From Azolla caroliniana (lineage: Eukaryota; Plantae; Polypodiophyta): a stretch of DNA of 64,000 nucleotides. Under the pieces are notes generated by a model that did no database searches, was not told where the DNA came from, and saw only the letters and a program-made list of their open reading frames with translations. Location: positions 4,030,001 through 4,094,000 of the forward strand of contig JBHGNT010000008.1 in assembly GCA_043228905.1 (NCBI GenBank), in the 5' to 3' direction. A program made the position numbers and the translations under genes. Shown piece after piece: positions 10,510 to 22,500 of this stretch (its first letter is position 1; each line of letters begins with the position of its first letter).

Positions 10510-13500
10510 ATGGAGGCCCCTGATCTCGACGAGCTCGAATGGATGGCCCAGCAGGAAGGCCTCTTCCTCCAACAACAACAAGAAGAAGAGTACATGCTAG
10601 AACAAGCAGGGAAAGAGGAAGAAATCTGCCCTGAGGAATTCGAAGAATCAATTCGTCCACCTCGTCCAACAGGCTCGGTTGCACTAACCCTATTCCTCCT
10701 TCTCCTTCTCCTTCTTCTATATGTGTTTTGCCAATACTCTGCAAATTTTAAAATTCATCGGAAATATAAGCATATATCTCTAACTGATGCAGAGGTACCC
10801 TCAGATGGTGATCAGAGGAAACGGTCCTTATCACTTGACAGCGAAGAAAAAGAATGTAAGTAGGAATTCCTAGATATGTTTAGTTACACTTTTAATTGAA
10901 AAAAAAAGAAAAAGAAAACCAGAAACAAATGTAAGTCCTGTTAGCTCCATTGAATGTTGATTGATCTGCAGTGTCAATCCCATGGTTCTTTTTAACCCAT
11001 GTACATATCATGATGTAGTGTCTGCAAACAAACGTGGGCGGACAATTGATGTCGTACACGTGGACGAGAATGATTGGACCCTACCGGAAGCAGAATCGTG
11101 GTCACCACCCAATTCCAAGATCGATGCTGTCCATGCATTCTCAAATTCAGCTATGAAGCTACCTACGAGGAGATTGGCTGACATTGAGGGCAACTTCATG
11201 CCAATCACAAATCTTTCTGGTGATCGTGTGTATTCAAAGCTCACCATTGTTCCGAAGATAACAAAGAGTTTGCCATATAGGTCTTCCAATCAATCTCACC
11301 ACGGTAGGCAGTGCATATTAATATAACCATATTCTTTTCTTACCTATGTGCACTGATGTTTCGAAGGAGTTTCTCATCAGCCTAGTTGTTATTTCCACCT
11401 GTTTAATGTATCACTATGAACAAAAATAGTTTTGAACAGATGAAAGGTTTGCTTATTACAACCAAATGATGACAATTACTAGTTCAAGAATGAGGTGAGA
11501 AATATGTGCCAGAGAAGAATGACATTAAGGCCATTTCTAATAGCAGCAAAGAGGAGGGAATCAATGCTCCAACTCAATGAAAGGAGTGTCGTCAAGGCAG
11601 GCAATTCAAGATAATCAATTAAGCTAATCTAGTAGAGTATTCCAAGATATGTGCAAAAATATAAAGAGCTTTGTTGCTTGCTCGCTAGCGTCTCTTCACT
11701 TTTTTGCAAATGCATAGCTGCTTGCAATTAGCATCTCTTATGAATTCTCAGGTATTGGATATGTCGAATATGCTAATGATATGACAGTTGACTGACCAAT
11801 GTTGGAAGAGGCATAGATGCATTTTGCTTTGGAGGCTTGGCTGACTAAAATGCACATGATTCCAATGTTGTTATCTTCAAGGATCTTGTGTGATGCAACC
11901 GTAGTATGTACAATCTACTCTCTCATATGATGACAAATGGTGGAGGTAATTCAGATTGTTTGTGTTTTGAGGCTCCTCTCACCCTATATGTGCACTTTTC
12001 ATAGGAAGAATTCTTAGAGCCTTTATGGAGAGACTTGATGCAATTAGGGCTTGTTATATGGAACTTGTTTGTGTGGAAGCCTTTGATAGGAAATCCACAA
12101 GTTTCTGATGAATATGTTTACAGGTTGGAGAGAAAAGTTGTAGGAAATGGGCAAAATATATGTCAGGATGTCTTCTCTTGGCATTAGTTGATGGGATCAG
12201 TTTGACAATGACAGTCAATGAGTTTGAAGTCTGGGTTTTATCTTCTCTTACTATGTATCTATCCTTCACAGTTCCTATTTATTGCTACTCACTTCACATT
12301 TGGGTTGTTGTACATAGTGGTCCTTGGTGGAGCCTTTTGTTCTGGATCTTGATGTTTCACAATCTATTCAAGGACTCTTGGGAGTTCCATATACTTCCAT
12401 CAAACCTAACCTGAAGTACCATTAACACATTGGGCTTATTAGAGATGGAATTCTATCATACCAAGGGAAGATTCCATACCTGGTACGAAGTTCCATATCT
12501 AGGTCTGTAGATCTTGAAGTTCTATACCTGAGTGTTGTGACTTATTGATCTAGGCTGCCATCAAGTATGGTAGCAAGCACTGCTCTGGGCACATAAAAGA
12601 GGTGGAGATAGTCATCATGATCGAGAGGCCAATGAGAGTACTTCGTCTGCAATTTGCATCCTGTTTACTTCACAGATTTTATTCACTTTTCAAAAGACTC
12701 TGTTCACTAGGCCTTTCAATTGGTATGTGTTGTATGAGGTGGATTTTGTACCCGGTCAAATTTTAGGGTTCTACTTTATACCATGTGTTGGCCTGGAACA
12801 TCTTGTTAGTTTTTTTTTCCTCGTAGTCCTTTTTGGCTGCCATGGACATATTGATTTGACCGTCCTTTCCTTTCTTCCTTACTTTTCATTTGTTCTTGTT
12901 CCTGATTTATCTACACTCCTATGGATTTTAAATAAATTCCTTACATGCCATTAGTATATTACTAGTCTGGAATGATATTTCAAGTTTATTTGGGTTTGTT
13001 TGGTGAATGCAGGCCTTCTATCAGCACCTTTTAACGTCCTTGTTGAACAAGTTGAACAGGAAGCTTTAAGACAGGTATTTGAAGATCTGTATCAGGAACT
13101 AAAATTTCAAGTTCCTCCCCACTTATAGGAAACTAGAAAGATAAATTTATAATTCTACTGTGCAAGAGAAAAATGCTATCTGTCCTCAAGAAGCTCTTGT
13201 TTGAGGTATGCAAGGATTGGTTTTTGGTGTGGTGAGAAAACAGAGACCCTTATGTCTCAGGTTGGATGGTAGGTTTTGCTAGTCCATGAGCTGTCTTAAG
13301 AGCCTGGTGTGTGGCTCTAATAGCTTTATGAGGTGTGATTGCAGTCAGCTCAATGTGCTCTGAATATGCCACCATTGGTGGTACCTCAAATTCATGTGTC
13401 TAAGATGCCTGGTATGTGGTACAATAATGTTGCAAGGTATGAATGGGGTCAGTCTGATGTTTGGAATATACGTCACCAAATTTAGCACTCCTGTAGTTTG

Positions 13501-16500
13501 TGAAGATTCTTGATGCACTAGGTTTTATGCTATCAAGAAGTTCTGATCTTAAGGCTATCCAACCAATGTGCACATTTTGTTCCAGGCGTGCAGGATTGCA
13601 GAAGACAAGAATCTAGTTGAAGATAATATGGTGGATTCACCAAGACACGAACAACTTTGGGTTGAAAAATATGCTCCCAAGTCTTTCACTGAACTATTGA
13701 GTGATGAACAAACAAACAGGGAGGTAATGAGTCAATACAAGCAAACTCACCTGGGATCTTTCTGTTGAATGGATGCCATATGACATTTGTTGTTTTGAAA
13801 AGGTCTTGCGATGGCTGAAGCAATGGGACAAGTGTGTATTTGGGGGGGAAAAGACATCAACGTCCCTAAATGTATTTGCAGCTCTAAAACGACATGCACC
13901 AACATACCATGGTAAACTGATGCACCGAGAAAATATGTCAGGTAGTAATCGGATTGTATCAGAATATGATCCGAAAGGCAGTGTTGGAGTTGCTCAAAGT
14001 TCAAACCACTCGTCAGACTCTCCTAACCCCACTATACCTATGAAGAGTCATCTAGAACAATTAGAAACAAATTTAGACCGACCAAAAGAGAAGGTATTAT
14101 TACTTGCTAATCTTGTTAGCTTTCATTTTCTGTATTGGTTAATTCAAAGTTATTGTGTGATTATTATGAAATATTCTTTGATCATCCATGTTTCTGAGGC
14201 ATGCATTACATGTGCATACGGTATACCTGTACTTCTAAACAATGTATCTTGCCCTCTTCAGATTCTTCTTCTATGTGGACCCCCTGGTCTTGGTAAAACA
14301 ACTCTTGCACATGTGGCTGCTAAACATTGTGGATACCGAGTTGTTGAGGTATGTACAAATCTCCCGCAGTATTGAAAATATGCCATTTCCGCTCCCCGGC
14401 ATTCTGTTCATGTAATGATGTCAGAAAGTATGACCAGTTTCATGGACTCAATAGCCACCATGATTCAACTAGACAATAGATTTTTGAAGATAGATTAAAA
14501 ATAGTCAAAAGAGCAATGTTTCTTCCTTTTATATCATCTTGTTTCGGTACCTTGCTTATGCCCGATGCATGTGTTCAGAATGTATTCACTTTAGGAATCA
14601 GTCTGTGGTAAGGCTGACAGAATCATATTGCAATGTAAACCACCACATGATTCCACTCATTTGATTTTAGTCAAAGCTTATATTTTTTGCATGTATTATG
14701 AATGTGTCTATCCATAGGATCCTAATTACGATTATACTTGGGCAATAATATTCTAGGCCTCCTACAAGAAGATTTATACCTACTGGAATGGATGAGTGTT
14801 ATTTTATAGAGAAGAATTACAACCTTAAAGATGAGCTTTGGGGAGGGTTAGATTTTATATTGTGGGTGATATTATCATGCTTATGCATAGAACTTGCCAC
14901 TAGTGATAACACAATGTTGGATGAGATGAGCAGCAAACAGCTGATGGGTTTTTCGTAACCCAGGGTATGCTGGTTGCATCACCACATTAATCCATCTGGA
15001 GATTCATGATTGATTGGTCAACCAAAAGAATTTCAGATAGCAAGCTCACTTTATGAGAGCTTGCATTGTCATCATGTTACATTTCGATGCCATGGTAGTT
15101 GTGAGTCCTAAGACACTTCGAATAATGAGCATGCCTGAAATAAGTTTCTCAATATATTCATGTATAATCTTTTAAGAATCTCTTTTTTTGAGAGACAAGG
15201 GCAATATTTATAGATCAATGCAAGTGATGATCGAGTTGCCACAACTCTGCAAGCCAAAATCTTGGACGCAATTCAAATGAAATCTCTTATGGGCGACATG
15301 AGACCTAACTGTGTGGTAAGTTTAGTTTTCTTGTGAGGAGTACATAACTCTGCCTTGATTTTAATGTGCCATCTTGATTCATGCAGATAATTGATGAAAT
15401 TGATGGAGCACTTGGAGGTGTTGATGGTAAAAGTGCAATTGATGCTCTTTTGAAAATAGTATGTTACAGTTTTGGATTTTTGATGTTTTCTTGACATGTT
15501 TCTACTCCTGTTGCAAATTATAAACATCACCATACAAATATTTAATTGGCTTCAGGCTTATTCGGATATCAAAGGGAAGGAGAATATAGTAGAGGATGGA
15601 CAAGTTAGGAAGGTTTCCAAGAAAAGAGGCTCTTCGGATAGGTTGTCAAGACCTGTGAGTATATGATATCATCAGATTCTTTTCAGGCAATAACAATTTA
15701 AGTATGCTCATTATTTTTTCTGAACTTTTACGGAATATAATGTGATGTAACAGGTTATTTGCATCTGCAATGATCTTTATGCACCAGCATTGAGGCAGCT
15801 GAGACAAATGGCCAAGTATACATTATTTCTATACTGCAACTTATAGTGAGTCTTTGCACTCCATACTTGCAGAATTCCCCGAGTATTGATTAATGCTCTT
15901 CTATTAATTGCAGAGTGCATGTTTTTGTTCAACCAAGTGCTAATCGAGTAGTTACAAGGTATATATGCAATTAAATGTGAATTTCAATAGCATTAGCATG
16001 TTTCGCTATCAATAAATACATATTTAATACAAGTTTTTTCACCAGGCTGAAGTATATCTGCAACTTAGAGAGTTATAAGGTCAATGCTCGTGCTCTTACT
16101 GTCCTAGCCGAACACACAGGTTTTATTGAAATGTGAGATTTATTAGAAACTGGAACATACATATTTCGTTTTAATCAAGAATCTGTTCTATGAACAGAGT
16201 GTGATATTCGCTCATGTTTGAACACTCTTCAGTTCCTTAAGAGGAAGCAAGAACCACTAAACATGGTATTCACAATTTCTGTTTGTGTTGAATCTTCAAT
16301 ATAGTAACATTGAAACACGTATTTTTATTTTGACATTATGAATTTTAATCAAAGGTTGATGTTGCTTCTCAAGTAGTCGGACGGAAGGATATGACTAGCA
16401 GTGCTTTTGATGTTTGGGGGGAGGTACTTTCTAATGAGCAATATCTAGTTTTCATGATGTATGAACTAGTGACTCTAGTTGATGTTTTTGGAAGATCCTT

Positions 16501-19500
16501 TACATAGCCATGTGGTAAACAAGTGAAACTAAAGTATACTTTGCAAAGGTATACTGTATTATAAAATATAGAATCAACATTTTTGGTTGAATTTTATTTA
16601 GTTATGTAAATGAATGTCCTTTTTTATCTCAAGAACAAGAATTTATTTCACGAGTCAAAGCCATTAGAGTTTGTATTTATAAGTTTCTTTTTGCACCTTT
16701 ACAAGAAAATTCTAGCAAATCAGTTCCAGAACGATGGCAATGATCAGGAAATATCACTTGTTCAACTCATCTTCGATGAATTAATTTTAACAATCTATTT
16801 ATTCTATTTGTGAGATTATATTTGAAGAGTAAAGAGTACAACTTGAAACTAATTTGGTATTTTTTGTGAACAGATGCAAATTCTAACTAATTTCAGCTGC
16901 TATAAGTTTTTTTGTGATTAATTTAACAAAGTTGTTTTTGTTAGAAATATTGAGAATAAACTAGATAAGCATATAGAAGTACACTCACAGAGATGTATGT
17001 GTTAATACAAACTTCCTATTACATATGTGCGTAGTAATGGTAGTCCTCCTGTCCGATCACACCTTAGAGCTTAGATGGGATCTGGACTAGTGGACTACAG
17101 AGTTAGCTGACACAGATAATAGTCACAACAGCTGTGCAAGAGAAAGAGGGTGGATGTTTATATTCTGTGTTTGGTCTTATTGTCACATTAAATGTGCAAT
17201 TCAGTTGATAGTAGTGGCCATATTCCTTTTCTGTCAACTGACTTGTCATTTAATATGATCTAGCTCCCTAGATACTGTTGGGATTTCGGTCCCTCCGGAT
17301 GGGATGTCCGGAGATGAATGACGGCAAGCCCGGTTGCGGTTACGGAACCGGAGCATGAAGAGTACCCAGCATGAAGCATGATGAAGACCCCGGCTACGGA
17401 GCCGGATGATGAAGACCTCGGCTACGGAGCCGGATGATGAAGACCCCGGCTACGGAGCCGGATGATGAAGGTACCCGGAGAGAGATCCGGATGCGGGGAC
17501 ATATTTGTGAATATGTTTGCCAAGGGCCCTTGAGGCTATAGTTGTAAATATCCCGAAAGTCATATGTGTATAAATATGACTTAGGGCAAACTGTTTTAGT
17601 GTTGTTGCTCATCTTTCTGTTTTCCACTTAGAGGGAGCGAAGTTAGAGCAGCCGTGAGGGAGAGAGAAAGGAAGAGGTCGACGCCTCTGTGTAATACCGC
17701 CGCCTGTGGCGAGGACAGCGAGCTCAAGGTCGTCGCCTTGCAGCTCGCCATTGTATATTTCTCTGTGCATAGTTTTGGTTCGGAGTCTTGTACTCCCGTG
17801 GTTTTTCCCGTACAGGGTTTTCCACGTTAAATCGCGTGTCCACTCACTTATTTTTGCATTTCCCATTTTCTGCAACAACGATTCGTGTGTTTCCTTGGTT
17901 GTGGCTGAGAAGTGAAGTTTGGAAAGTGTCGATTATTTCCATCAATTTGGTATCAGAGCGAGTTGCTGCAGAAAATGGAAGGCGGCGGCAGCGGGCAGCC
18001 GGGGATGATGGTGCTGAATGCGCAGAATTACGCCGACTGGAAGATCAAGATGGAGGATCTTCTGATTGTTCGGGACCTGTACGAACCGATTGACAGGTCG
18101 GAAATACCGAAGGGGGTACTTGAGTCGGAATGGAGGCTTCTGAACCGGAAAGCCGTTGCAACCATTCGGCAATACGTCGACGTGAGCGTTCTACAACATG
18201 TGGCGAACGACACCAACGCATATGAGATGTGGCGGAAGCTGTCGGGCCTCTACGAGAGGAAGAATGCGTTGAACCAGACCTCCCTGATGAGGAAGATAGT
18301 GAACCTCAAGTACCGGGACGGCGAGAGTATGGTGGAACACGTAAGCACGTTCATGGGATTCGTGAACCAGCTTGCGGCGATCAAGTTCCCGCTGGAGGAT
18401 GCAATGCAAGCCATCATTCTGATGTGTACATTGCCGGAAAGCTGGGAGAACTTGGTGGTGACTCTCAGCACCTCCTGCACCGAAGATAACTTGTCCCTAC
18501 AAACGGTAAAGACAAGTAGCTTGAACGAAGAAGCGCGTCGGAGAGATAAAGAACCGGCCTCCGATCCGAAGATGCTGCTTGCCGAATCGGATCGGGGAAG
18601 ACAACGGAACCGGAGTCCGCAAAGACGGGAGAAGTCGGGGACCCGTTCACAGTCAAGAGGAAGGCCCACATGCTTCCACTGTGGGAAGCCGGGGCACTTC
18701 CGAAAGAATTGTCGGTATTACCGAAAAGACAACGGAGTCGACGACACCGATTCGAAGAAGTCACCGGAGCGAAACGGTGCATACCGGGGAGCCACGGACT
18801 GGAGAGGTCCGGATCGGCGAGGGCAGGACCGGAAAGGAACGACGGCACTCGCGGCAAGTGAAGAGGAGATCATGCTCATCACCGAAGAAGGTGAACTAAA
18901 CATTGCCGGCGATGAGATTACCTGGGTGGTCGATTCCGGAGCGTCGTTCCACCTGACCCCGGAAAGAAGATACTTCTCATCCTACACAGCCGGTGAGCAT
19001 GGCTGTGTTCGGATGGGAAATGAAGGTACGTGCCGGATTGCCGGCATAGGAGACGTGTGGTTGACAACCTCGACCGGATGCAAAATGCTGCTGAAGGATG
19101 TCCGACACGTTCCGGAGGTTCGATTGAACCTGATTTCGGCCGGGAGGCTAGACGATGAAGGCTACACGGGTAGCATCCGGAACGGTGTAATGAAGTTCAG
19201 CAAGGGGAGCCTGATAGTGGCTCGGGCCCGGAAAGTCAACACACTGTACCTTATGAACGCCTGGTTGTGTCCGGAAGAGTTGAACGTGGCAGCCGACACT
19301 GCCGGTGAGCTGTGGCACAAGAGACTGTGCCACATGAGTGAGAAGGGGATGAAGAGGCTTGCAGATGACAACCTTATTCCAGTGAAGCATGTGCACCTGG
19401 AGAAGTGCACCGATTGCCTGGCCGGTAAGCAGAACCGAACCTCCTTCCACTCAAGGCCACCGACGAGACGTAGCGCACCCTTGGAGTTGGTGCACACTGA

Positions 19501-22500
19501 CGTGTGTCAGGTAGAAACGAAGTCACATGGCGGAGCCCAGTACTTCGTAACATTCATAGATGACCACAGCCGGAAGCTGTGGACGGCACCGCTGAAGACA
19601 AAGGACCAAGTATTGTCCGTCTTCAAAGAACTCCACGCGAGAGTGGAAAGGGAATCCGGCAAGAAGCTGAAAGCGATACGAGTGGATAACGGAGGGGAAT
19701 ACCGGGGGCAGTTCGCGGAGTACTGTCGCTCGAAGGGAATCCGGCTCGAGTTTACTGTGCCGAAGACGCCGGAACTGAACGGGCTGGCCGAGAGGATGAA
19801 CCGGACCATAATGGAGAGGGTCCGGAGTATGCTAGCACATGCGAAATTACCCAAGGGATTTTGGGCTGAGGCTATGTCGACGGCGACATATGTGATAAAT
19901 AGATCACCCTCGGTACCCCTGGATGGAGACACGCCACAGAGAGTGTGGACCGGTAAGGAAGTGTCCTACCGGCATCTGAAGGTGTTCGGGTGTCTCGCAT
20001 ACGTGCATGTGGCAAAGGACCGGAGAGGAAAGCTAGATCCAAAGACCCGGCCATGCATATTCCTTGGTTACGGCGATGACGAGTTCGGCTACCGAGTATG
20101 GGACCCGGTCGACAAAAAGATATTCCGGAGTCGTGATATCATCTTCATGGAGGACAAGACACTCGCCGACTGGGAGTCGGAGAAGAAGATGAAGAGCTCC
20201 AAGTCGACCGGTGAGGATAAACTCTACGAGGAGCAGTCCCGACCGGCAAGGGACCGGTTAACACTCGAAGATCCGGCCGAAGACGGTGAAGAAACAGAAC
20301 CGGCCGAAGAAGATGAAAATGATACCGGAACCGGCCCCGATCCCGAAATGGATTCGGATGAAGAAGAATCGGAAGAACCGGTTACCGAAGCTCCGGAACG
20401 GAGATATCCTCTAAGAGAGAGAAGGGCTCCCCGGAGATTTTCGGAACCAGAGCACGTGCTGCTAACCGACGAGGGGGAGCCGGAGAGCTTTGAAGAAGCG
20501 AAGCATGACACCCATAGCCGCAGGTGGTTAAGTGCCATGCAGGAGGAGATGGATTCCCTGCATGAGAACCACACATATGAACTTGTGGAGTTGCCGAAAG
20601 GAAAACGGGCACTCCGTAACAAGTGGGTGTTCAAGCTGAAACTGGGAGATGCCGGAAACCCCCCGAGATACAAAGCCAGGATCGTGGTGAAGGGGTTTCA
20701 GCAGAAGAAGGGCGTCGACTTCGACGAGATATTTGCCCCGGTAGTGAAGATGACCTCCATCCGGACGGTGCTGAGCATAGCGGCAAGCATGGACCTCGAG
20801 GTAGAACAGATGGACGTGAAGACGGCATTCCTTCACGGTGACCTCGAAGAAGAGATCTACATGCAGCAACCGGAAGGATTCGAGAAGAAAGGGAAGGAGC
20901 ACCTGGTATGCCGGTTGAAGAAGAGCCTTTACGGTCTGAAGCAGGCTCCCCGGCAATGGTACCGGAAGTTCGACTCCTTCATGACAGACGAAGGGTACCA
21001 CAAAACGCAGTCCGATCACTGCGTGTTTGTGAAGAAGTTCGAAGGAGGAGACTTTCTAATACTCCTCCTGTACGTGGACGACATGTTGATCGTCGGACGA
21101 GACCAGGTCAAGATACGGATGCTGAAGAAGGCTCTTCACCGAACCTTCTCAATGAAAGACCTGGGTCCGGCGAGGCAAATACTAGGGATGCACATCATCC
21201 GGGACCGGAAGAAGAAGCAGTTGTGGCTGTCACAGGAGAAGTACGTGACAAAGGTGCTTCATCGGTTCAACATGTCGGAAGCAAGACCGGTCGGGTCAAC
21301 ACTCCCGGCAAACTGCAAGCTGTCCAGCAAGCAAAGCCCCAAGACAAAGGCTGAGAAGGAGGACATGTTGAAAGTACCATATGCCTCTGCCGTCGGAAGC
21401 TTGATGTACGCAATGGTGTGTACAAGACCGGACATAGGATATGCAGTCGGAGTGGTGAGCCGGTACATGAGCAATCCCGGCAAGGAGCACTGGAACGCGG
21501 TCAAGTGGATACTCCGATACCTGAAGGGCACGGCAAACGTGTGCCTCCGATTCGGCTCCGGTAAGCCCGAACTCGACGGCTTTACCGATTCGGATATGTC
21601 GGCTGATGCAGATACCAGCCGGTCCACATCCGGGTATGTGATGACGTATGCAGGGGGAGCTGTCTCGTGGCAGTCGAGGCTACAGAAGACGGTTGCACTG
21701 TCAACCACGGAGGCGGAGTACATGGCGGTTGTTGAAGCCGGCAAGGAAATAATATGGATGAAGGACTTCATTAGAGAGCTCGGTATCCGGCAGGAGGAGT
21801 ACCGGCTCTACTGCGATAGTCAGAGTGCCATCCACCTTGCGAAGAACGCTGCCTACCATTCCCGGACGAAACACATCCAGCGTAGATACCACTGGATCCG
21901 GGAAAGGATAGAAGACAAGGAGTTCGTGCTGACGAAGATCCACACGGACGAGAACGGGTCGGATATGCTGACCAAGGTGCTCACACCCGACAAGCTGGAA
22001 GCATGCCGGAAGAGGATCGGATTGGGGAGACATCCCATGCCGAAGTGAAGGGGGAGTTTGTTGGGATTTCGGTCCCTCCGGATGGGATGTCCGGAGATGA
22101 ATGACGGCAAGCCCGGTTGCGGTTACGGAACCGGAGCATGAAGAGTACCCAGCATGAAGCATGATGAAGACCCCGGCTACGGAGCCGGATGATGAAGGTA
22201 CCCGGAGAGAGATCCGGATGCGGGGACATATTTGTGAATATGTTTGCCAAGGGCCCTTGAGGCTATAGTTGTAAATATCCCGAAAGTCATATGTGTATAA
22301 ATATGACTTAGGGCAAACTGTTTTAGTGTTGCTGCTCATCTTTCTGTTTTCCACTTAGAGGGAGCGAAGTGAGAGCAGCCGTGAGGGAGAGAGAAAGGAA
22401 GAGGTCGACGCCTCTGTGTAATACCGCCGCCTGTGGCGAGGACAGCGAGCTCAAGGTCGTCGCCTTGCAGCTCGCCATTGTATATTTCTCTGTGCATAGT

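Noticed and set aside
13295-13490. Diverged ~113-bp tandem duplication in a CTF18 intron (similar small duplications at 45724-45865 and 42638-42691)
   Set aside because: Ordinary local duplications with no further structure.
17378-17470. 28-bp direct repeats resembling CRISPR repeats
   Set aside because: Contiguous units without spacers, part of a copia LTR; no cas genes and a eukaryotic context.
17942-22354. Numerous antisense and alternate-frame ORFs over the copia
   Set aside because: Expected by-products of a GC-rich long ORF; no recognisable motifs.
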